A stretch of DNA of 62,710 nucleotides, from the NCBI GenBank assembly GCA_001805055.1, contig MHDZ01000090.1, forward strand, positions 1 through 62,710, written 5' to 3'. Every line of letters starts with the position of its first letter. The stretch's first letter is position 1. The position numbers and the translations under genes are program-made. Shown here in pieces: positions 1-8,136 of the stretch. Source of the DNA: Nitrospirae bacterium GWC2_57_13 (lineage in GTDB: Bacteria > Nitrospirota > UBA9217). The notes below the pieces were generated by a model, which saw nothing but the letters and a program-made list of their open reading frames with translations, searched no databases and was not told where the DNA came from.

Positions 1-359
1 TTCTGCAGTGCGTTCTGAACCTGCTGAGCAATGCCGTGAAGTTTACGGAGAAAGGCGAAGTTCGTCTCTCTGCGCGGCGAACGCCTGAAAAATGCGGGAA
101 AAGGGGCGTGGATTGCGTCGAGATCATCGTTCAGGACACGGGGATCGGGATCTCCGCCGAAGACCTGCCGAAGCTGTTCACGTCCTTCACGCGGCTTGAA
201 TCGCCGCTCAAAGGCAGGGTCCTCGGCACGGGCCTGGGGCTCTATTTGACGAAGAAGATCACCGTGGAAATCCTGCAGGGTGAAGTGGATGCGGCAGGCG
301 CTCCGGGCCTCGGGAGCAGGTTTGCGCTCCGGATACCCGTGGTTCGGGAGGAAGAATGA
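1..359 (+). CDS. Sensor histidine kinase, C-terminal HATPase_c fragment (5' end outside window)
   Basis: Frame is open from base 3. It shows LNLLSNAVKFT (N box), QDTGIGI (G1) and GTGLGLYL (G2). Its stop overlaps the next start (ATGA at 356-359). Confidence 0.85.
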   Translation, partial: LQCVLNLLSNAVKFTEKGEVRLSARRTPEKCGKRGVDCVEIIVQDTGIGISAEDLPKLFTSFTRLESPLKGRVLGTGLGLYLTKKITVEILQGEVDAAGAPGLGSRFALRIPVVREEE

Positions 360-730
360 AAAAAGTGCTGATCGTGGAGGACAACAAGGACAATCTGCGG
401 CTGATCACCTATGCGCTGCAGCACGCTGGGTATGAGGTTGTGCCCGCAGAGACGGGAGAAGATGGCGTCCTGGCCGCCGGGCAGGAGACACCTGATTTTA
501 TCATCATGGACATCAATCTTCCGGGAATGGACGGCATTGAAACCACCCGTCGGATCCGTGAGATGCAGTCAACGGCGGAAGTCCCGATCATCGCGATTAC
601 CTCATACGCCATGGCCGGCGACCGGGAGCGCATCCTGGATGCGGGCTGCGACGGCTACCTTGAAAAACCGATCGATCCAATCAGGATCGTGGCGCAGATA
701 GAGCAAATGCTGACGAGGAGGTCGCCATGA
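356..730 (+). CDS. Stand-alone response regulator receiver (CheY-like)
   Basis: 124 aa with VLIVEDN, IIMDINLPGMDG, ITSYA and GYLEKP receiver motifs. It is translationally coupled to both neighbours. Confidence 0.9.
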   Translation: MKKVLIVEDNKDNLRLITYALQHAGYEVVPAETGEDGVLAAGQETPDFIIMDINLPGMDGIETTRRIREMQSTAEVPIIAITSYAMAGDRERILDAGCDGYLEKPIDPIRIVAQIEQMLTRRSP

Positions 731-3297
731 GAGTGTTGATCGTAGACGACAACGCCGAGGACCGGCGATTGCTGAAGCTTAATCTCGAACATCATTCCTG
801 CACGGTCATCGAGGCCCAGGACGGACTGCAGGGCCTGGAGTTGGCTAAGACCGGCAAGCCGGACCTGATCATATCGGACGCCCTGATGCCGCGCATGGAC
901 GGATTCCAACTATTGAGGAAAGTCAAACAGGACGCTGCGTTGAAGTCGGTCCCCTTCATCTTCTATTCTGCAGTCTATACCGGTTCCCGCGAGGCGGAGC
1001 TGGCGATTTCCCTCGGCGCCGCGGATTTTATCATAAAGCCGAAGGAGCCGAAGGAATTCTGGATTGATGTTCAGTCCGTCATCGAGGAGTGCAGGCTGAA
1101 AAAAGAGCGGCCGGTGGAGGCGAGGCTGATTGAAAAAGAGCAGGAATATCTTGAGAAATACAGTACTATCGTGGCCATGAAGCTCGAAGAGAAGGTCCAG
1201 GAACTTGAAAAAGCGCTGGTGGTGCAAAAAGCTGCTGAAAAAAGTCTCGCTCGCCAGCTTGATCTCGAAAACACCATGTGCTGTGTATCATCGCGGTTCG
1301 TCGGCGCAAACGATATGGACGCAGCCATCAACCAATCGCTTTCCGATATCGGCGTGCTGAGCGGTGCGAGCCGCGCATACGTGTTTCTTATGAGTAAGGA
1401 CAATGCCGCCTACCGCAATACGCATGAATGGTGCTCCGAAGGGGTGCAGCCCGTCATTGCTATGGCCCGGCACCTGCCCGTCGAAGCCTTCCCCTGGTGG
1501 ACCGAAAGACTGCGGCAGGGAGCGGTCATCAACGTCGATGACGTTTCCTCGCTGCCTGTGGAGGCCGCGAACGAAAAAGCCGAACTTGCGCGGCAAGGCG
1601 TGACCTCCGTCCTTGTACTGCCCCTCATGCTGCGCGAGCGGCTCGGCGGATTTGTCGGTTTTGATCATGTCTTCGGGGCCTGGAAATGGAAGGAAGGCGA
1701 CATTGCCCTGCTGCGCATGTTCTCGGAGATCATTTCGCGGGCAATCGAACGCCGACAAGGGGAGGAAGCGTTGCGCGAAAGCGAGAGGAAGTATCGGGAT
1801 ATCTCTCAGCAATTCAGCGCCCTTCTCGACGCGATACCCGACAACATAACCATGCAGTCACCTGACCTCAAGGTACTCTGGGCGAACCGGGGCGCGGCAA
1901 TAGGGCTTGATGCGAAGGTCTCTGATTTATCGGGCCGTTACTGTTATGAACTGTGGCACGGCAGAACCGCCCCCTGCGTTCCTTGTCCCGTGGCAAAGAC
2001 TTTCAACACCAAAGAGCCGGCGCTGGAGACGATTACGACACCTGACGGTCGAATATGGGAGTTGAGAGCAGTGCCCCTCTTTGATGACGAGCACAACGTT
2101 ACCACTGTTCTTGAGGTAGGCAGGGAAATATCCGAACAGCGGAAGTTGGAGGCCCAGCTTCGTCAGGCGCAGAAAATGGAAGCAATCGGGCTTCTCGCAG
2201 GGGGCATTGCACACGACTTTAACAATATCCTGACGGCGATCATCGGGTATGGAAATATAGCGCTTATGAGGCTGGAGGAAAAGGAGTCGGCCGATCACGC
2301 TATCGAGCAGATACTCGCATCCGCTGACAGGGCATCACGTCTGACCCACGGACTGCTTGCCTTTAGCCGTGAACAGGTCCTCCAGCCGTCACCGCATCGC
2401 TTGAACGCGATCATAAGCAATATTCACAATCTTTTGTTGCGTTTGATCGGCGAGGACATCGCGCTCAGGACAAAGTTCGCGGACCCGGAAATAGCGGTAC
2501 AGGTCGACCGGGGGCAGATCGAGCAGGTGTTGATGAACCTGGCAACGAACGCCCGGGACGCCATGCCGCAAGGCGGCGATCTTCTCATTGAGACGGAGGC
2601 CGTCGAGATCAGCGCGGACTTTATCGCGCGGCATGGATATGGAGAAACGGGAATATTCGCATCGATATCGATAACCGATACGGGCATGGGAATGGACGCG
2701 GAGATGCAGAAGAAAATATTTCAGCCTTTTTTCACTACCAAGGAACCGGGCAAGGGCACGGGGCTGGGCCTCGCCATGGCCTACGGGATTATAAAGCAGC
2801 ACAACGGATTTATTAATGTGTACAGCGAACCCGGCAAGGGAACGACCTTCAGGATCTATCTACCAGTGGCAGGCGCGCCTCCGGAAGAAGAGCGGCCCGA
2901 GCCGAAGCGGGCCGAGATCGGCGGCACGGAAACGGTCCTTGTGGCCGAGGATGACACTGTTGTCCGGCAGCTCACACGACAGATACTCGAGGAATTCGGG
3001 TATACCGTAATCGAGGCCGAGGACGGCGAAGATGCCGTGTCCAAGTTCAGCGAGCATCGTGATGCGGTCCAGCTCGTTCTTGTCGATGCCATTATGCCGA
3101 AGAAGAACGGGAGGGAAGTATACGACGCAGTCCGGCGCATACGACCTGACGCCAAGGTGCTCTTTATGAGCGGATATCCTGCGGAGGTGATTACGAAAAA
3201 AGGTATTCTCGAAGCAGGTCTGCATTTTGTCCCCAAGCCGGTGTCGCCCACGGATCTCCTGAAGCGGGTGCGTGACATTCTTGATGCGAGCGCGTGA
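727..3297 (+). CDS. Hybrid sensor histidine kinase (REC-GAF-PAS-HisKA-HATPase-REC)
   Basis: N-terminal receiver (VLIVDDN, ISDALMPRMDG), H box GGIAHDFNNIL, N/G boxes (NLATNARDAM, DTGMGMD, GTGLGLAM) and C-terminal receiver (VLVAEDD, VDAIMPKKNG, FVPKP). Confidence 0.9.
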   Translation: MRVLIVDDNAEDRRLLKLNLEHHSCTVIEAQDGLQGLELAKTGKPDLIISDALMPRMDGFQLLRKVKQDAALKSVPFIFYSAVYTGSREAELAISLGAADFIIKPKEPKEFWIDVQSVIEECRLKKERPVEARLIEKEQEYLEKYSTIVAMKLEEKVQELEKALVVQKAAEKSLARQLDLENTMCCVSSRFVGANDMDAAINQSLSDIGVLSGASRAYVFLMSKDNAAYRNTHEWCSEGVQPVIAMARHLPVEAFPWWTERLRQGAVINVDDVSSLPVEAANEKAELARQGVTSVLVLPLMLRERLGGFVGFDHVFGAWKWKEGDIALLRMFSEIISRAIERRQGEEALRESERKYRDISQQFSALLDAIPDNITMQSPDLKVLWANRGAAIGLDAKVSDLSGRYCYELWHGRTAPCVPCPVAKTFNTKEPALETITTPDGRIWELRAVPLFDDEHNVTTVLEVGREISEQRKLEAQLRQAQKMEAIGLLAGGIAHDFNNILTAIIGYGNIALMRLEEKESADHAIEQILASADRASRLTHGLLAFSREQVLQPSPHRLNAIISNIHNLLLRLIGEDIALRTKFADPEIAVQVDRGQIEQVLMNLATNARDAMPQGGDLLIETEAVEISADFIARHGYGETGIFASISITDTGMGMDAEMQKKIFQPFFTTKEPGKGTGLGLAMAYGIIKQHNGFINVYSEPGKGTTFRIYLPVAGAPPEEERPEPKRAEIGGTETVLVAEDDTVVRQLTRQILEEFGYTVIEAEDGEDAVSKFSEHRDAVQLVLVDAIMPKKNGREVYDAVRRIRPDAKVLFMSGYPAEVITKKGILEAGLHFVPKPVSPTDLLKRVRDILDASA

Positions 3298-3577
3298 AAG
3301 GAGCGGTAGCATCGGGAACGTGTCATGCTTTAGGAGTATCAATGTGTTCTGTTAAGGTCAGTATCTGCTGTTGTGCTGATATTTCTGCAGGTTGCATAAC
3401 ATCCCTTCTACTGATACACTTTATGTATCAGCCTTTCGATTCCCTCTTTTCATCGTTTTCCAACTGTAACGCCGGGTTTGAAGGTGCATAATGCGCATTG
3501 TGTGATTGCGCCCTTTCCCGCCTTCCGGCAGGGCAGGATGCGGGAGGGGCTCCACGATCTCCGCCAGGAGGTGATAC

Positions 3578-4572
3578 ATGCCTGAACTGCGGCAGGACCC
3601 CACTACCTTCGACTGGGTCATCATTGCAAAGGAGCGGGCAAAGCGTCCTGATGATCTCCGGCGAAAAGGAGAGCCGGAACGGTCCCTGCCTGATCACAGC
3701 CCGGACTGTCCCTTTTGCCCCGGGAACGAGGCCAGGACGCCAAAGGAGGAAGCAGTGTACGGCGGGCCTGACGGATGGAGCATCCGGGTGGTGCCGAACA
3801 AGTTCGCCGCGCTCTCGCCCGAGGGCGATATGGAACGGGAGGAGTGGAAGCTGTTCCGCAAGACCCACGGCTACGGCAGGCACGAGGTGATCATCGAGTC
3901 GCCGCGTCACAACGAGTTCATTCCCTTTATGACCATCAACCACGTTGAGGACCTTATCCGCGCGTACCGGGACCGATACCACGCCCTGCGCCGGGACCCC
4001 AACGTGAGGCTCATCATCATCTTCAAGAACCACGGAGCGGGCGCGGGCACATCCCTGGAGCATCCCCACACCCAGGTCGTCGCGACACCGGTGGTCCCGC
4101 CCTACATCAGGCGAAAATACGAGGTGGCGACGCAGCATTACGACAACACGGGCAGGTGCCTCCAGCACGACCTCCAGCTCGCCGAGCTCGAGGCCGGGGT
4201 CCGGATCGTTGCGGAGAGCTCCCATTTCGTCGTGCTGCATCCCTTCGCGTCCCACTATCCCTTTGAGACGTGGATCATGCCGCGGGAGCACAAGTCGTCT
4301 TTCGGGGCCATCTCCGATGACGAGATCAGGGACCTCGCCCGGGTCCTGAAAACCACGCTTCTGCAGCTTCATACCGCGCTGCAGGACCCAGATTACAATC
4401 TCATCATTCATACGTCACCGGGGACGACGAGCACAAAGCCTACTATCTCTTGCATATCCAGATCATTCCGCGGCTCACGAAGGCGGCGGGCTTCGAGCTC
4501 GGATCGGGTATCTATATCAATATCGTCGTTCCTGAAGAGACGGCGGCATATATCAAGACCATTCAGGTGTAG
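3578..4572 (+). pseudogene. galT: Galactose-1-phosphate uridylyltransferase-like (GalT / HIT superfamily) gene with an apparent 1-nt frameshift near its 3' end
   Basis: CPFCPGNE zinc motif and HPHTQ active-site motif are present. After HTSPG (G run 4420-4423) the listed frame becomes nonsense. The adjacent frame reads DDEHKAYYLLHIQIIPRLTKAAGFELGSGIYINIVVPEETAAYIKTIQV and stops at 4570-4572. Confidence 0.7.
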
Positions 4573-4590
4573 GGGCAAGGGGTGAGCGAC

Positions 4591-4702
4591 GAGTATGGAG
4601 TTCGGAGTGTGGAGTTATAGCATAGAGCATAGAGCAGAGGGCATAGAGTAGAGAGCAGAGAGTCACCCTATGCACTATGCGCTTTGCGCCATGCCCTCTG
4701 CA
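4591..4702. repeat. Heptamer tandem-repeat hairpin element (copy H1)
   Basis: Ten consecutive 7-nt units (GAGTATG GAGTTCG GAGTGTG GAGTTAT AGCATAG AGCATAG AGCAGAG GGCATAG AGTAGAG AGCAGAG). A turn AGTCACC follows, then five reverse-complement-type units (CTATGCA CTATGCG CTTTGCG CCATGCC CTCTGCA). Confidence 0.85.
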
Positions 4703-4788
4703 GCTCCGTGCCTCCCCCGGCCTCGCATCCATAAAAATCGGAACCGGGGCGGGCGTGGTAAAATCTTTTTAATGTATGGAGGGATCAT

Positions 4789-5151
4789 ATGAGAACGATG
4801 GTACTTACCGGTCTTTGCGCAATGGCGCTGATGTTCGCTGCGGGGACTGTTTCCGCTCAGCAGGGCGGAATGATGCCCGAGGGCAGGCAGAAGATGCCGA
4901 TGATGGAACACATGCAGGGCCATGGCACGATGATGCAGGACATCATGAGTATGATGAAAAGGACAATGGAGGTGCAGCGAAAGATGCTCCAGGGCATGAG
5001 CTCGCAGGAGCGAACAGACGCAGTGAAGGAACTTACGGTCATGATGGAAAAGATGAACGCCATGATGAAGGAGCACGAGCGGATGATGTCCGGCGGTATG
5101 ATGATGCACGGCATGGAGCCCGAGGAAACGGGGAAGGGCGCAGGGAAATGA
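4789..5151 (+). CDS. Secreted Met/His-rich protein, putative periplasmic Cu(I)-binding
   Basis: Signal peptide MRTMVLTGLCAMALMFAAGTVSA. The mature part is dominated by Met/His (MMPEG, MPMMEHMQGHGTMMQDIMSMM, MMSGGMMMHGM). The stop overlaps the tlpA-like start (ATGA), at the head of the copper cluster. Confidence 0.6.
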   Translation: MRTMVLTGLCAMALMFAAGTVSAQQGGMMPEGRQKMPMMEHMQGHGTMMQDIMSMMKRTMEVQRKMLQGMSSQERTDAVKELTVMMEKMNAMMKEHERMMSGGMMMHGMEPEETGKGAGK

Positions 5152-5684
5152 AAATACGTTGTCCGCTCATATTTCCGGTTCTGGTCGTCCTGGTACTGCT
5201 CACCGGATGCAAAGCGGGGGAGACGCAGCGCGCTGCTGTGGGGAGTCCGGCACCTGCCTTCGCGCTACAAGGGCTGGACGGCAGGACCGCGCGTCTTGCG
5301 GACTTCCGCGGCAAGGTCGTGGTCATGGACTTCTGGGCCACCTGGTGCGCACCCTGCAAGGAATCAACGAAGGAATTCGAGGCGCTGCACAGGAAGTTCA
5401 AGGATCGCGGTGTCGTGATGATCGGCATCAGCATGGACAAGGGAACTGACGCTTCCGCCACGGTCAAAAAATACGCACAGGAGAATACAGTTGCTTACCT
5501 GATGCTCATGGACGATGGAAGGACGAGCGACGCCTACGCCGTGCGGAACATACCGGCCACTTATATTCTCGACAGGGACCATGTGCTCGTAAAGACCTAT
5601 CCGGGCTACCTGTCGGGCCTGGGGGACCGGATCGCGAAGGAGATAGAAGAGCTGCTATCAAAGCCTGAAAGGAGTGAGTCATGA
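5148..5684 (+). CDS. TlpA/ResA-family thiol:disulfide oxidoreductase lipoprotein
   Basis: Lipobox LLTGC and thioredoxin motif FWATWCAPC. The longer listed ORF 4776..5684 overlaps the Met-rich gene in another frame, so the internal ATG at 5148 is preferred. Confidence 0.85.
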   Translation: MKIRCPLIFPVLVVLVLLTGCKAGETQRAAVGSPAPAFALQGLDGRTARLADFRGKVVVMDFWATWCAPCKESTKEFEALHRKFKDRGVVMIGISMDKGTDASATVKKYAQENTVAYLMLMDDGRTSDAYAVRNIPATYILDRDHVLVKTYPGYLSGLGDRIAKEIEELLSKPERSES

Positions 5685-5721
5685 AGCTCGAACCGCTTGC
5701 ACAGGGAAGGAGATGTGAACG

Positions 5722-8115
5722 TTGGCAATCGAGATGTGGTCAATATTATTTGCTGCGCGGCTTTTGCGTGCGCGCAAAGGACCAGCCGTGGGAACGGCCC
5801 TGATGCTCCTTGCCATCGTTGCCGGCCCGGCCTCCGCCGCGGTCGTTGAGTACGACCTTGTCATCGCGCAGGAAAAGGTGAGTATCACCGGAAAGCCAGT
5901 CCCTGCCATGACCATCAATGGGGGCATCCCCGGCCCGGTCCTGCGATTCAAAGAAGGCGACATTGCCCGCATCCGCGTCCAGAACAAGATGGCCGTAGAG
6001 ACCTCGATCCACTGGCACGGCCTGCTCGTGCCGCCGGGAATGGATGGTGTTCCTTTCATCAGCTATCCTTCCATCGATCCCGGCACGACCTTCACCTATG
6101 AGTTCCCTATCCGGCAGAGCGGCACCTACTGGTACCATTCCCACACCAGCCTCCAGGAGCAGAGCGGCGTTTACGGCGCCATCGTGATCGACCCCCGGGA
6201 CGCGAAACCCGCGAAGGGCGACCACGTGGTCCTCCTGTCCGACTGGACGAACGACGATCCCCATGAGGCACTGCGCACGCTGAAGCGAGGCAGCGAATGG
6301 TTCGCCCTGGAGAAGGGAAGCAGCCAGAGCATCATCGGCGCGGCGCGCCTCGGCAAGCTGGGCGACTACTTTTCGCGGGAACTGCAGCGCATGCCCGCCA
6401 TGGACATTGCGGACGTTGCCTACGACCGCTTCCTGGCCAATGGGAAGCCGGATATCGAGGTCCCGGCGGCGCCCGGCGCTATTGTCCGGCTCAGGATCAT
6501 CGACGGGTCAGCCACCACATTTTTTCACCTGTTGTTCAGCGGCGGACCGCTCACCATCACCTCGGCCGACGGTCAGGACGTGGAGCCGGTGAAGGTCGAC
6601 CGCCTCCTGATCGGTGTTGCCGAGACCTACGATGTGCTGATCACCATTCCCGCCTCGGGCGCTTACGAACTCCGCGCAACAGCCCACGACGGGTCGGGGC
6701 ATACCTCGGTCTGGATCGGGTCAGGCGAGCGCCATCCCGCTCCGGCCATCCCGAAGCCGAACCTCTACCACGCAATGGGCGGACTGAGCCTGAAGCGTGT
6801 TTTCGCGCTCACGCCTGCCGGTTCCCTGGGCATGAGCGATCGTGATGTCAAAGCAGGGAAGTTCGACATGTCCGGCATGATACCGATGGGCGGGATGGAC
6901 ACGCACGGCGGCATGCAGGGAATGGACCACGGAGAAGAGATGAAGGGGATGGACCACACGATGGATCAGGGCCATAGCATGGACCAAGTGAAGCCGGAGG
7001 CAATGGAGCATCAGGGTCATGACATGACCATGAGCGGCCATGGAAAGAAACACAGGAGTGGCAGGCGGTTCGGCACGAACTTCCGGCTGCTTGCCTCCGA
7101 TGTCTCGTCATCCAAAGACCTTGCCGTCGATAGCATGGACCCGCGCCGTCCAGGCCCGCCCTATGCCAGGCTTCGGGCCGTGCGGAACACGGACCTCCCG
7201 AAGGACCGGCCCATGCGGGAGATACGGCTCACCCTCGACGGCGACATGGAGCGGTATGTCTGGCTGATCAACAATAAGCCCCTCTCGGAGACCGACTCGA
7301 TCCTGATCGAGAAGGGCGAGGTCGTGCGTTTCATTATGATCAATCGCACCATGATGCACCACCCAATGCATCTGCACGGCCACTTCTTCCGCGTCGTGAA
7401 CGGTCAGGGCGACCACGCGCCGCTCAAGCACACCGTTGACGTGGAGCCCATGTCCACGACGGTGATCGAGTTCGACGCTAATGAGTTCGGCGACTGGTTC
7501 TTCCACTGCCACCTATTGTACCACATGAAGGCAGGCATGGCACGCATGGTACACTACGACGGATTCAGCCTCTCTCCCAAGCTCGCCGCAGTCCGGCCGC
7601 GGCTGTACGGAGAGTCATGGTACTTCTGGGGCGCAATCACACCGCTCAGCAACATGGCCGAGGTTTCGATCACGGCCTCGAGCACGCGGAACATCCTACG
7701 GCTCCGGGGACAGCTCGGATGGCGGGATGAGGCCGCGCAGAAGAACCGGTGGGAAACAGTTCTCACCTGGGACCGCTGGTTCAACCGGTTCTTTACCGTC
7801 TTCATCGGCGTCGATATAGAAGGCGAGCGGAGCGACTCTGAATATACGCGGAGCGTCATCGGATTTACCTATCTCCTGCCGTTCAACTTCGAGACGCGCG
7901 TCTGGGCCGATGACGACGGCGGCTGGCGAGGCGCCGTCGGCAAAGAGTTTCAACTCACCCCGCGCATCGCTCTCTTCGGAGAGGCGGAGTACGATTCTCA
8001 CGAGAAATGGGAGGACCGGGCGGGTGTGGCCTACACGGTCTCGAAGAACTTTTCCCTCGTCGGACTGTGGCACTCCGACTTCGGTTGGGGCGGCGGGCTG
8101 CAGGCGCGGTTCTGA
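5722..8115 (+). CDS. Multicopper oxidase (CopA/PcoA type) with C-terminal CopB/PcoB-like extension
   Basis: Copper-ligand motifs HWHG, WYHSH, HPMHLHGH and HCHLLYHMKAGM, plus a Met/His-rich loop (MSGMIPMGGMDTHGGMQGMDHGEEMKGMDH). About 190 aa follow the T1 site and resemble CopB (FNFETRVWADDDGGWRG, FGEAEYD, final aromatic residue). TTG start lies 9 nt after GGAAGGA. Confidence 0.8.
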   Translation: MAIEMWSILFAARLLRARKGPAVGTALMLLAIVAGPASAAVVEYDLVIAQEKVSITGKPVPAMTINGGIPGPVLRFKEGDIARIRVQNKMAVETSIHWHGLLVPPGMDGVPFISYPSIDPGTTFTYEFPIRQSGTYWYHSHTSLQEQSGVYGAIVIDPRDAKPAKGDHVVLLSDWTNDDPHEALRTLKRGSEWFALEKGSSQSIIGAARLGKLGDYFSRELQRMPAMDIADVAYDRFLANGKPDIEVPAAPGAIVRLRIIDGSATTFFHLLFSGGPLTITSADGQDVEPVKVDRLLIGVAETYDVLITIPASGAYELRATAHDGSGHTSVWIGSGERHPAPAIPKPNLYHAMGGLSLKRVFALTPAGSLGMSDRDVKAGKFDMSGMIPMGGMDTHGGMQGMDHGEEMKGMDHTMDQGHSMDQVKPEAMEHQGHDMTMSGHGKKHRSGRRFGTNFRLLASDVSSSKDLAVDSMDPRRPGPPYARLRAVRNTDLPKDRPMREIRLTLDGDMERYVWLINNKPLSETDSILIEKGEVVRFIMINRTMMHHPMHLHGHFFRVVNGQGDHAPLKHTVDVEPMSTTVIEFDANEFGDWFFHCHLLYHMKAGMARMVHYDGFSLSPKLAAVRPRLYGESWYFWGAITPLSNMAEVSITASSTRNILRLRGQLGWRDEAAQKNRWETVLTWDRWFNRFFTVFIGVDIEGERSDSEYTRSVIGFTYLLPFNFETRVWADDDGGWRGAVGKEFQLTPRIALFGEAEYDSHEKWEDRAGVAYTVSKNFSLVGLWHSDFGWGGGLQARF

Positions 8116-8136
8116 GGAGAAGGGTGAGGGGGAAAC

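Noticed and set aside
3428-4411. 327-aa minus-strand ORF
   Set aside because: It is entirely antisense to the GalT-like gene, has low-complexity Arg/Gly/Pro-rich composition and shows no motifs. It is a typical shadow ORF in GC-rich DNA.
4776-5147. N-terminal 124 aa of listed ORF 4776..5684
   Set aside because: It overlaps the Met-rich gene in another frame and is Asp/Gly/Arg-rich nonsense. The TlpA-like protein begins with its own signal/lipobox at ATG 5148.
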